A model generated the notes under the pieces. That model ran no database searches. It was given only the letters and a program-made list of their open reading frames with translations, and was not told the origin of the DNA. From sequence record MW879341.1: a stretch of DNA of 64,000 nucleotides; one strand, 5' to 3'. The translations under genes and the position numbers were made by a program. This document shows positions 35,486 to 44,852 of the stretch, piece by piece; position 1 is the stretch's first letter, and each line of letters opens with the position of its first letter.

Positions 35486-37630
35486 GTGAAAGTGGAATTA
35501 CACAGTGATCTTTTCGGTATCGAGAATATCTACGGAAAGACTAACCAGTTGCACGTCATGAACTTGGGCATGGGTGCTAACTTGAACAGTTGGGCAGGTA
35601 ATGACTCAGCGTCTCGCGCGCAGATGTTTACTAGCCATCTGGCTCAGGTTCCGGTTATTGCTAATCCGAGTATTCGTCGTACCTTGACTGGTACTGAACG
35701 TGAGTATGGACATTACACGTTTAAGCAGCGTATTACAGAAGAAGGTTTGTTCTATCGTATTCTGGATAAATACCCACTGCATCAGTTCCGCACCAACCCG
35801 CAGAAATTAGCGGTCTATCGTGCAACCGGTCATGGTCATAACACAGCCTATTATGGTGTGGTTGACATCTCGACCTATAACATCCGACATCAGTACTTTG
35901 GGTTCATGTTTAAACCTAAAGGAAACAACCTGAACCACGTTCGTGAAAACGAACCAGCGGTAGAAGGTATGGTAATCTCCCAATCGCCATCTATTGACGA
36001 GCAGGGTAACCACCGTATGGGTGTCTCCAGTAACATGCTCTATATGTCATTGCATACAACGATTGAGGACGGGGTATTTGCAAGACGTAAATGGTTGGAG
36101 CGTTTCAAGTCCACAGGCATTGAAGGTCGTACAGCAATTACAGGCGATCGTTGCTACCTGATTAACCTTTATGGTGACGACGTACATTATCGTGGTCATC
36201 CTGAGTTGGGTGGTAAGATTGCACAACACGGTATCGCGATGGCAGTTCGTGATTTCGATCCGTTGTTAGCTGTAGTTGAGATGACGCCAGAAGCACTGCG
36301 TGAACCAGACTTCGTTTTCGATAAACTGATCTATGGTAAGCCAGGCGCTGAACTCATCGACATTACCGTGTATCATGACCACAATCTTGATCGCGTTAAT
36401 AATGAAGAGAAAACCCCCGTTGGGATTGACCAGCAGTCTAAGCGCTATTATGAGGCACTGCACTCCCAGCAGATGAAGTTGATTTCACTCTATGAAGAAC
36501 TCAAGCGTAAGCATGGGGACTCTCTGGTGTTGGAGCCTAACTTCCACCGTATGATTACGTGGGCGTATGCATTCACGAATCACAGTACGGTACAGCAACC
36601 ACAAGGCAGTCGTGTAAACTTAACTTATCGTAGAGCGCCCGTTGGGGACTTCCGCACCGATCTGGTGTTCAAGTATGACATTATGCCGTCGGTAGGTTCT
36701 AAAGTCACCACAATGCATGGAGGCAAAGGCGTCGTAGTACGTATTGGTGAAGACCACGAAATGCCACAGTGGGAAGACGGTACCATTGCAGACTTGGTGA
36801 TGGATAATGACTCCAACATCAAACGTATGAACTTAGGTGGTGTATTTGAGCAAGCAACGAATGCTTTCTCTCGACAGGTAACTAAGTTAGTGCGTAATGT
36901 GATGTCCGATGCCACACTGATTCAAGCTCAGCGTTACGAACAGGCTTATGCTATCCTCGAAGAGTATTACAGCATCGGCAGTCCGTTAATGCATGAGTTC
37001 ATGAATCGCACCATGACAGAACCCCAACGCCGTGTGGGTCACGTCGACGCCGTAGTGAAGGATGGTATCTATCTCTGGTTACCACCGAACACGGAAGATA
37101 TTGGTGCTGTATTGATTGACCGGTTAGAACGTCGTTATGGTCTGGAGATGCACCCAGTGCGTTATCTGGATTCTCGCGGTGAGTACGTTTGGACCAAGCA
37201 GAAGATGTTGATTGCGGAAACGTATATCATCATGCTTGAGAAGAATGGCTTTGACTGGAGTAGTGTAGCGTCACCAAAACGCCAGCACTATGGTATCCTT
37301 GCCCGTATGACTAATATGGACAAGCACTCCACTCCGGGTCGTGAGAACGCGGTACGTAGTACGGGTGAAGCAGAGATTCGTCTGTTGTTGGCACTGCTGC
37401 CAGATTATATTGTGGCAGATATCCTCGACCGTCCGAATAACCCTGCGGCACACAAAGCAGAAGTCCGTGCTATTATCGGCGCAGCTAACCCAGCACAGAT
37501 CGACATGGCGGTTGACCGTCGTAAGATCCCACTGGGTGGTAACCGTGCAATCCAATTCATTCGCCACGTCATGTGGTGTTGTGGTATCGCACTGTCTCGT
37601 ATGAAATCTAAAGTTGGGGGTAAACGGTAA
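35486..37630 (+). CDS. nvRNAP beta C-terminal subunit (phiKZ gp71-73-like), uninterrupted
   Basis: DSASRAQM, GSKVTTMHGGKGVV and RSTGEAE correspond to conserved beta motifs. Confidence 0.92.
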   Translation: MKVELHSDLFGIENIYGKTNQLHVMNLGMGANLNSWAGNDSASRAQMFTSHLAQVPVIANPSIRRTLTGTEREYGHYTFKQRITEEGLFYRILDKYPLHQFRTNPQKLAVYRATGHGHNTAYYGVVDISTYNIRHQYFGFMFKPKGNNLNHVRENEPAVEGMVISQSPSIDEQGNHRMGVSSNMLYMSLHTTIEDGVFARRKWLERFKSTGIEGRTAITGDRCYLINLYGDDVHYRGHPELGGKIAQHGIAMAVRDFDPLLAVVEMTPEALREPDFVFDKLIYGKPGAELIDITVYHDHNLDRVNNEEKTPVGIDQQSKRYYEALHSQQMKLISLYEELKRKHGDSLVLEPNFHRMITWAYAFTNHSTVQQPQGSRVNLTYRRAPVGDFRTDLVFKYDIMPSVGSKVTTMHGGKGVVVRIGEDHEMPQWEDGTIADLVMDNDSNIKRMNLGGVFEQATNAFSRQVTKLVRNVMSDATLIQAQRYEQAYAILEEYYSIGSPLMHEFMNRTMTEPQRRVGHVDAVVKDGIYLWLPPNTEDIGAVLIDRLERRYGLEMHPVRYLDSRGEYVWTKQKMLIAETYIIMLEKNGFDWSSVASPKRQHYGILARMTNMDKHSTPGRENAVRSTGEAEIRLLLALLPDYIVADILDRPNNPAAHKAEVRAIIGAANPAQIDMAVDRRKIPLGGNRAIQFIRHVMWCCGIALSRMKSKVGGKR

Positions 37631-39597
37631 TGGTGGCAGTTGCAGTCAATGCGATTAATGCGAGAGAGATCCTCTCGCAGCCCATCGATCATCTGTGGGA
37701 AGTCTACAATCGACCTAAGTGTAAAATCGCCGTAGCGTTTGATAACGGCGTGGTTGAGACAACCGCAAGGGAACTACTGTTCTCTCAATACTTCTGGGAG
37801 TTCCACCGCCAGTATCCAGAAACACCTTTATTGGTGGAGCACATGATGGACCCTAAGCGTCGTCTGAATAAGAAGACGTCTCTGGAACTCATCGGTGCAG
37901 CTTTCTGGTCGGTCTGGGATCGTTACGGTGGACAGGTATCGTTAGACACGCTCCAACGCATGAGTTATGAAATCACCAACCGGGTATACAATGACATTGT
38001 TCTGCGTATGTCTGAGTATGTGACCAGTATCTCTGCGAAAGACTTCATTGATGTATTGCGACATCCTGAACTGATTGAAGCATTGGCTAAAGCCGTGCCT
38101 ACTCAGAACAGTATCGCAAACGTGGGTCGTACGGTTCAAGAGATCTTGACACGCGAAGGTGAGTTGGTAGGTAACCGACCTGCCGAGTCTGCTAAGTCTG
38201 GATTGGTATCAGCGGGACAACAGAACCAGATCTTTGGTCTTCGTGGTTTCGTAACAGATATCGATTCTAACGTATTCCCAACACCAATGATGACTAACTA
38301 CGCATTGGGCATGCATCGTCTGTACGACTATGCTATCGAATCGCGTTCAGCGTCTAAAGCTCTGTTCTTTGCAAAAGATCCACTTGCAGACGTTGAGTAC
38401 CTGAACCGTCAGCTTCAGCTGCTGGCACAGACTCTGAAACATCTGTTCAAAGGCGATTGTGGTTCAACCATGATGCTCCCTCTGACAATCAATACGTCGA
38501 GTGAGTTGAAGACCTACGCTGGTAAGTACTATTACGGCGAAGGTAATGAACTGTATCGCATTACCCCAGAAGATAAACATCTGGTTGGTAAGTCGGTGTT
38601 GGTACGTTCACCGATGGGTTGTCGATGCTTACCTCACCAGGGTGTGTGTCAAGCCTGTCTGGGTGAGATCTCCTTGCAGATTCCTGATGGTGGTAACTTA
38701 GGTCACCTGTCTGTCATTGAGCTCTGTTCTGGTGTATCTCAGAACGTACTGTCTACCAAACACCTTGATGGTAGTTCTACCATTGAGAAATTCCACATCG
38801 CCGATGGTGATCGTGCATTCTTATCAGCCGGCAAAGCTGATCATTTGATTGCACTGACGGAATCTCTGAAAGCTAAACATGCTGTGTTGACTGTACCGCA
38901 GTCTGCTGCATTTAACCTGACAGAGCTGCACCACGTACGTGACTTGACTGTACTGCCAATCACTCGTGTATCTGACATCGAATTCGTAACAGTAACCTGT
39001 GACGACATTAACGGTGAACGTGTCACGATGCCATTGTCTGTAGCTATTGGTTCTCGTCACTCTAGTTTCACCACGCCATTCCTTGCCTATATTAAACGTG
39101 TAGGTTGGGTAGCCACAGAAGACCGTGGTTATGAGATTGATCTCAGTGGTTGGGACTTCAGTAAACCTGTCTTTGAGTTGCCGCTGAAGAACATCAACAC
39201 GATGGAGTTCATGTCAGAAGTTGCAGACATCATCAAGTTCAAACGCCTGCGTCGTCGTCGTACGAAGCGTGCTAAAGAAATGGCAATGTCTGAAATTGAA
39301 TTGGCTGCACTGGTGGTGGAACTGCACGATACCGTTAACAAACGTTTCGAGTATAACATCGCTCACTGTGAACTGATTCTGGCACTGTGTCTGATTCGTG
39401 ATGCTAAGTCTGGTGATTTCCGATTCCCGGCACCAGATGAACCTCGTGAGTTCGCACCCTTCAAAGAGTTGATGTCTAACCGCAGTATGGGTCAGGCTTA
39501 TGCCTTTGAGAAACACGGACAAGTTATCCTGAATATCGATAGCTTCTTCAACCCACAAAGGCCATCCCACCCTATGGACCGTATTTACGTACCGTAA
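37630..39597 (+). CDS. nvRNAP beta' C-terminal subunit (phiKZ gp74-like)
   Basis: Bridge helix (SRSASKAL...EYLNRQLQL), Zn motif RSPMGC...GVCQACLG and QNVLSTKH. Confidence 0.92.
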   Translation: MVAVAVNAINAREILSQPIDHLWEVYNRPKCKIAVAFDNGVVETTARELLFSQYFWEFHRQYPETPLLVEHMMDPKRRLNKKTSLELIGAAFWSVWDRYGGQVSLDTLQRMSYEITNRVYNDIVLRMSEYVTSISAKDFIDVLRHPELIEALAKAVPTQNSIANVGRTVQEILTREGELVGNRPAESAKSGLVSAGQQNQIFGLRGFVTDIDSNVFPTPMMTNYALGMHRLYDYAIESRSASKALFFAKDPLADVEYLNRQLQLLAQTLKHLFKGDCGSTMMLPLTINTSSELKTYAGKYYYGEGNELYRITPEDKHLVGKSVLVRSPMGCRCLPHQGVCQACLGEISLQIPDGGNLGHLSVIELCSGVSQNVLSTKHLDGSSTIEKFHIADGDRAFLSAGKADHLIALTESLKAKHAVLTVPQSAAFNLTELHHVRDLTVLPITRVSDIEFVTVTCDDINGERVTMPLSVAIGSRHSSFTTPFLAYIKRVGWVATEDRGYEIDLSGWDFSKPVFELPLKNINTMEFMSEVADIIKFKRLRRRRTKRAKEMAMSEIELAALVVELHDTVNKRFEYNIAHCELILALCLIRDAKSGDFRFPAPDEPREFAPFKELMSNRSMGQAYAFEKHGQVILNIDSFFNPQRPSHPMDRIYVP

Positions 39598-39654
39598 GGG
39601 TAAATAGTATGTTGATGGGGACTTCGGTCCCCTTAGTACTGCTATGGAGGCTGT

Positions 39655-41196
39655 ATGGCCATAATGACCTTAGAGATCTACGGACAGAGTATTAAAGTGC
39701 TCTCCAAAGATAACTACGGTATTGCGTGCGCGCTTGAGTTTTGTCGTAGCATGATAAAGTACAAGATGGAAAACGTGGTAGACACCAGTCGACCCGGATA
39801 TCATGCCCAGATGGTGCGTGTGCCTGACTGTACCTATGCAGCTTCGCCGCTCAACCGAGCATTCTTTTGTATTCACATTGGACAGAGACAGGAGTTTCTT
39901 GCTTACCTGCAACGCTGTGGTATTCCGCAGGACCAGATAAAGATTGTAGAAGTCCCTAAGTATAAGGCTACACCGGCCAAGTTGAAGATGAAAGATTTCT
40001 GGGTGGATAAACCACACCAGACGCCAATCATCGAATACGTAATTGATGGTGAGTCTTTGAAGATCCTACCCGTTCAGACAGGTGGGGGAAAGACGTATAT
40101 GGCATTGAAAGCCGCCAGTATCTTTGGTGAGCGATTCATGCTTGTTACGCGCGGTGGTTATATTGATAAGTGGATTGAAGACGTTAAGAAAACGTACGAT
40201 ATCGACGACTCAAGAATCATCGTTATCAAAGGCGAGAAAGCCTTGATGCGGGCAATCGAACTTGCTAAGGCTGGCGATTTCGATTACGACGTACTGTTAG
40301 TATCGACCGGTGGGTTAGCCGACTATATCAAACACTACGAGCAGTATCTAGGAACAGAACTGGGCGACCTGTATCTGGACCCTCGTGCGCTCGGTATGTT
40401 GTTTGGTGTTGGCCTGCGTATCGTGGATGAAGCTCACCAGATGCTTCACATGTACTATCGCATCGACTTGTACAGCCACTTCAACAAAGTGTTGTTCTTG
40501 TCAGCGACCATCATCGGTAACGATGCTATGGAGAAACGTATCCACGAGATTATCTACCCTACAGCGAAACGCTATACTGGGGCAGAGTGGAAGTGTTACA
40601 TTGTGGCAACTGCATTACGCTACAATCTGAACGAACCACACAAAGCACGCTTCAAAGACCACCGGAAGAACTATTCGCATGTAGTGTATGAACAGTACCT
40701 CATGCGTAATAAGGAGAAGCTCAAGAACTACCTGAATATGGTGGGGAACTTAGCCTACGACTTCTTTAAGAATCGTAAGCCGGGTCAAAAGTATCTGATC
40801 TTTGCTTCAACCGTTGACATGTGTAATGTGATGGTTGCAGATTTAAAGAAACGATTCCCTCATCTTAAAGTGGGTCGCTACGTTGCCGAGGATAACCTTG
40901 AGGATATCTACGAATACGATTTAACAGTGACTACTCCGGGTTCAGGTGGTACGGGCATCGACATCCCAGATCTGGCAGCAGCCCTCGCTACGTCGAGTGT
41001 CAGTTCAGGGAAGTTGAACATCCAGATGCTTGGTCGTCTGCGTGAACTCAAGAACTACCCGGGTGAGTTCCCAGAGTATCAGTATCTGGTCTGCTCCGAC
41101 ATTCCTAAGCAGGTTGAGTACCATAAACAAAAGTACGAACTGTTCCAAGGAAAAGTAAAAACGCATCGGGAACAAATGACCGGCGCGTCAGTGTAA
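39655..41196 (+). CDS. superfamily 2 (DEAH) helicase (phiKZ gp75/UvsW-like)
   Basis: QTGGGKT, IVDEAH, SAT and QMLGRLR motifs. Confidence 0.92.
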   Translation: MAIMTLEIYGQSIKVLSKDNYGIACALEFCRSMIKYKMENVVDTSRPGYHAQMVRVPDCTYAASPLNRAFFCIHIGQRQEFLAYLQRCGIPQDQIKIVEVPKYKATPAKLKMKDFWVDKPHQTPIIEYVIDGESLKILPVQTGGGKTYMALKAASIFGERFMLVTRGGYIDKWIEDVKKTYDIDDSRIIVIKGEKALMRAIELAKAGDFDYDVLLVSTGGLADYIKHYEQYLGTELGDLYLDPRALGMLFGVGLRIVDEAHQMLHMYYRIDLYSHFNKVLFLSATIIGNDAMEKRIHEIIYPTAKRYTGAEWKCYIVATALRYNLNEPHKARFKDHRKNYSHVVYEQYLMRNKEKLKNYLNMVGNLAYDFFKNRKPGQKYLIFASTVDMCNVMVADLKKRFPHLKVGRYVAEDNLEDIYEYDLTVTTPGSGGTGIDIPDLAAALATSSVSSGKLNIQMLGRLRELKNYPGEFPEYQYLVCSDIPKQVEYHKQKYELFQGKVKTHREQMTGASV

Positions 41197-41259
41197 TAGA
41201 GCCCACTCCGTCCTGTCCGGCGGAGTGGGTATTTATGTCTTTAATAAGGAAATACAGTT

Positions 41260-41763
41260 ATGTCAGATTTAATGAAAAGCATTACACGTCTTTGCAACAA
41301 ACAGAACTTAGACAAGCGCCTGAAGAAGATCGATCCGTACGATTCCACACTAAGCTCTGAAGATAAAGCGTTGGTGTTCTCAGCGTGTCGTATTAGTGAG
41401 GAGTACTTTTGCCTTATTGTTCGCAATGCACCTTCCACGATGCGTTTGGTGACGCCTGAGTTAGTATCTGGCGGTGTTAAGCAGCTTGTTTTAGAAGGCA
41501 GTGAGTTTGAACGCGTATTGTTGGACGTTCTGCGCGAATCTGAAATACAAGTAGCTAGCCTCAGCGCTCCTTCTATTAAAGCGTGGCTCTTTGACTCGGG
41601 CGATTTGGCCGTTCTGTTGAAGCAGTCAACGCGTCGTCGGGGAGTTAAGGTCTTTATAAAGACAGACCCTGTTGTGATTACACGCAACGGTGCCACGTTC
41701 ACAGATTCTGAACTGACCAGTTTGGACATCGCTACACTGTTTGATTGTGATTGGGTGGAGTAA
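41260..41763 (+). CDS. hypothetical protein
   Basis: AAGGA SD; first gene of the inserted cassette. Confidence 0.7.
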   Translation: MSDLMKSITRLCNKQNLDKRLKKIDPYDSTLSSEDKALVFSACRISEEYFCLIVRNAPSTMRLVTPELVSGGVKQLVLEGSEFERVLLDVLRESEIQVASLSAPSIKAWLFDSGDLAVLLKQSTRRRGVKVFIKTDPVVITRNGATFTDSELTSLDIATLFDCDWVE

Positions 41764-42290
41764 TGGCTTTTACACCGAATAACATGTTCGCCTATGAAAT
41801 CCTAATAGGTTTGATAGATGGGCAACAACCCTCGGACATCGAGCATCGTCACGGTATAACGGGCCGAACGAGTATCAGTAACTGGACGTCACGTCAATTT
41901 GGCTTGACGCCAAAGCAACTGGTAAGCAAAGTTCTGCGTAATGAACTCGGTGTTGCTAAAGGTGATGTCTCATACGTCTCAGGAAGCTCTGAGAATAGAC
42001 ATCTCCTAGCTGTAATACTAGAGGGTGAATTTATGCGTGAGCACCGTAGCGCGCTTCCTAGAGGTGAGTATCACATCTGGGCGTTCTCGGGTCTTATCTG
42101 CGTTCAATGTTCTACGCACTATCCTGAAACAAGGAAAGTGTATCGTCGTATTTATCAGACGAAGAAACCAATCGGAGAACTCTCCGATATCCGAATCCGT
42201 AAAATCTCACCAAGCTGGACTGAGTACCAAGTTACACCTCAGGATATCGCAGCACAGTTTGGTATTATCTGGTTCCCTAACGAGGATTAA
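41763..42290 (+). CDS. array protein A1: HTH-like N-terminus plus CxxCxxH domain
   Basis: SISNWTSRQFGLTPKQL and GEYHIWAFSGLICVQCSTHY; paralog of 43291-43845. Confidence 0.75.
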   Translation: MAFTPNNMFAYEILIGLIDGQQPSDIEHRHGITGRTSISNWTSRQFGLTPKQLVSKVLRNELGVAKGDVSYVSGSSENRHLLAVILEGEFMREHRSALPRGEYHIWAFSGLICVQCSTHYPETRKVYRRIYQTKKPIGELSDIRIRKISPSWTEYQVTPQDIAAQFGIIWFPNED

Positions 42291-42294
42291 AAGA

Positions 42295-42783
42295 ATGAGC
42301 TTTAACAACATTGCAATCTCCCCTATTAAAGAGCACGTAGACGGCGTGTGTGAAACGACACCTATCGGTAATGCTAACTTCTGGACAGTCTACGGCGTGG
42401 GCGCTGATGGTCTCTCAGAGGCTCTGGTGGACGTTGTTAACCAGCAGGCGGCAGTTGACTATGCTCAAAGACATTACCCACGTCTTCCAATCATGCAGTT
42501 GGTACCAGACCGACTCCCAGCCGTCGTCAACGCACCACCACTCAACTACATGGGTTATGAAGTGGTTCCGTTCGCGACTAACGCTGCAAGTGGTGACGAG
42601 CATCCAGTAAGCGACGAACAGTGGGCTGAGTTCTGGGGTCTGTGCGCAGTACATCAGAACGATGCATACACCATTCTGGCTAAACACGACACACGCATGG
42701 GTAGCGAACTGCTGTTGCGTGAGTTGGTGCGTCCTCGCGTTGATCTGCCTGTGGATAATCTGGAGTCTGACTTTACCGACTAA
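42295..42783 (+). CDS. array protein B1, ending LPVDNLESDFTD
   Basis: ATG at 42295 with GAGGA upstream; two internal EQ/xW modules. Confidence 0.75.
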   Translation: MSFNNIAISPIKEHVDGVCETTPIGNANFWTVYGVGADGLSEALVDVVNQQAAVDYAQRHYPRLPIMQLVPDRLPAVVNAPPLNYMGYEVVPFATNAASGDEHPVSDEQWAEFWGLCAVHQNDAYTILAKHDTRMGSELLLRELVRPRVDLPVDNLESDFTD

Positions 42784-42793
42784 GGGGCGTTGC

Positions 42794-43291
42794 GTGGAAT
42801 TTACCAACATTATCATAGAGCCCGTTAAGTGGAACCCTAGAGGTTTCTTTAATGAGGTTTGTGAGTTAGGTCAGCAGGACGCTTGGGAAGTGGTGGGTAT
42901 CACTAAACATAATCGTCGTGTGATACTGGGTGAGGCCGCTACGCAAAAGTCAGCATTGGCATTTGCGGCAGGTCACTCTACCGAGGTCACTCACGGTGTG
43001 TGGAATCACTTCAATAAAGGAAGTACTATCACACAGCGTGTCCCGTCCGATACTCAATTGATCTACGGTTCGCACTCAGACTTCCCACCCACTAAGGCTT
43101 ACGGCATTAGAAGGGTCTCTGACGAACAGTGGGACGTTATTCAGGTTGATGAGAATAAACGTGGGGAGAGTAACGAGCCGGTTGTTATTTCCACGCACCC
43201 TGAGTGGGGACAGGCAAACGGTGCAGCAGTATTGAAAATGGACGGCGTAGTTTTGCCGTCTGATAATCTGGATTCGGAGTATACGGACTAA
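42794..43291 (+). CDS. array protein B2, ending LPSDNLDSEYTD
   Basis: GTG at 42794 with AAGGGG SD; N-terminus aligns with B1 and B3. Confidence 0.75.
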   Translation: MEFTNIIIEPVKWNPRGFFNEVCELGQQDAWEVVGITKHNRRVILGEAATQKSALAFAAGHSTEVTHGVWNHFNKGSTITQRVPSDTQLIYGSHSDFPPTKAYGIRRVSDEQWDVIQVDENKRGESNEPVVISTHPEWGQANGAAVLKMDGVVLPSDNLDSEYTD

Positions 43292-43845
43292 TGGCTGTTG
43301 TTAAAGATATCTATGCTAATCTGAACGTTCGCAAGATAGACATACTGATGGCATTGCGCGACGGGTGGAAACTCACTGACATTGAGTCTCGTTATGACAT
43401 GGGTCGTAGCGCTAGAATCTCTAAGTGGTTGAAACTCTGCTACGGTCGAACGTTTGCAGAACTGCGTAAAGAGTTAGAGAATAACACCACTGCAATTACG
43501 TTTGGTGAAGTCTACTACGCTATGGCTACGCCTGAGCTTATCAATGACATCGCCATGAACCTTGAACTCAAGTCTAACCCGGCCGGTGTGAAAGAAATGC
43601 CAACCGGGCAGTACCACATCTGGTTGTTTGACGATCTGGTCTGTGTGCAGTGTAATAGACACTACGGTAGTCCAATCGGTACATACAAACGTATCTATCG
43701 GACTCGGTTGAATACTGATGACTATCCACCGGGTGCATTGGCTATCCGTAGTCCAACTAACACCAACATCCCAATGATGGCTGAAGACGTCGCTGATATC
43801 TTTGGCTTACTCTGGGTTCCAAGGGGATCGCATGTTAAATATTAG
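43291..43845 (+). CDS. array protein A2: HTH-like N-terminus plus CxxCxxH domain
   Basis: ARISKWLKLCYGRTFAEL and GQYHIWLFDDLVCVQCNRHY. Confidence 0.75.
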   Translation: MAVVKDIYANLNVRKIDILMALRDGWKLTDIESRYDMGRSARISKWLKLCYGRTFAELRKELENNTTAITFGEVYYAMATPELINDIAMNLELKSNPAGVKEMPTGQYHIWLFDDLVCVQCNRHYGSPIGTYKRIYRTRLNTDDYPPGALAIRSPTNTNIPMMAEDVADIFGLLWVPRGSHVKY

Positions 43846-44311
43846 TAAGGTGGTTATCTCACCCTCTAAACTCAATGTGCCGTCTGCGACATTTCTTCCA
43901 TGTTCTCCTGAACAGGCTGAACAGTGGGACGTCGTTGCGCACACGGATAAGGGTGTGATACTGCTTAACAACTGCCCAACGCAGTACTCAGCAATTGCAG
44001 TGGCCACGGCATATCAAACGCCTGACCAGACGCCCGCTATTCGTATGGTGGACAGTATCGGTGTGGAACGAACCATACCGAACGATTGTTTGCCACCGCA
44101 TCAGGAAGCACACTTCGTTGTGTTCAAAGAGGGTGACTATCAGGTAAGGTCGCAGCGGCAGTACGCCACAGCGGCAGTAAGGCAACAACCTGAATCTAAG
44201 GTGTTGTGTAGTCATGGTGGTTTTGATGCCATGGATTTGTGTCAGTTCGAATTAATCGATCGAACGTTAGCCTTACCTCTCGACAACTTAGAGTCGGAGT
44301 ACACTGACTAG
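43832..44311 (+). CDS. array protein B3, ending LPLDNLESEYTD
   Basis: ATG at 43832 with AAGGGG SD. Confidence 0.75.
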   Translation: MLNISKVVISPSKLNVPSATFLPCSPEQAEQWDVVAHTDKGVILLNNCPTQYSAIAVATAYQTPDQTPAIRMVDSIGVERTIPNDCLPPHQEAHFVVFKEGDYQVRSQRQYATAAVRQQPESKVLCSHGGFDAMDLCQFELIDRTLALPLDNLESEYTD

Positions 44312-44318
44312 ATAGACG

Positions 44319-44362
44319 GCATAAAAGCCCCTCTACCTTTTCGGGTAGAGGGGCAGCTATGT
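44319..44362. terminator. bidirectional terminator
   Basis: gcccctctacc/ggtagaggggc with gcata and tatgt flanks. Confidence 0.8.
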
Positions 44363-44375
44363 GCGTCTTTATTTT

Positions 44376-44852
44376 TTATCCTTCTCGAAGTTTCCTTTCT
44401 AACTCTCGAAGGTCTGCATCAGATGCCCCTTGCTTACCCACACCTAAAGCGCTGAGTCGTATAAGTTCTTCCGTGAACTCTCTGGGGAGATGCATGAATT
44501 GTATCAAGTCTAAGCCGAATCGATCTTTGATCGAGTGCTTAATATAACGACCTATCAGATTGTACAGCCCGCTGCCTTCGGTGTATCGTTCAGTGGGATG
44601 CATCGCCACTATACTGAGTGGGTTCGCATTTGGAGAGTTATGGTTAAAGATCCCGTAACTCTGTTCGTACGACTCCAACAGTAGAATGTCTAAGTCAACC
44701 CCACTGATGACATGGTCAACGTGAAACAGTAACGTACCTATTTCTGTACGTGATCGGTCTATATGACTGCCGAAGGTTGGGTCCGCAACGTGTCTGGCTA
44801 GATTGCGTTCAGGTCCTTCAGAGCCTGGTCGATCTTGTGGCGCTGAAGGGTC
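44376..44852 (-). CDS. gp76-like -1 frame extension of the gp77-like protein (tail-chaperone 'T' part)
   Basis: The frame is open from 44870 but has no start codon or SD until a TTG at 44678. It opens just before the slippery site. Confidence 0.65.
   Translation of the reverse strand, partial: DPSAPQDRPGSEGPERNLARHVADPTFGSHIDRSRTEIGTLLFHVDHVISGVDLDILLLESYEQSYGIFNHNSPNANPLSIVAMHPTERYTEGSGLYNLIGRYIKHSIKDRFGLDLIQFMHLPREFTEELIRLSALGVGKQGASDADLRELERKLREG

Noticed and set aside
35486-37630. Second intron or intein in nvRNAP beta (as in phiKZ gp71-73)
   Set aside because: The ORF is continuous with contiguous motifs, and no intron core or intein motifs are visible.
42090-43670. Cytochrome c heme-binding motif in the A proteins
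   Set aside because: The motif is CxxCxxH rather than CxxCH, and there is no signal peptide. Zinc binding is more plausible.
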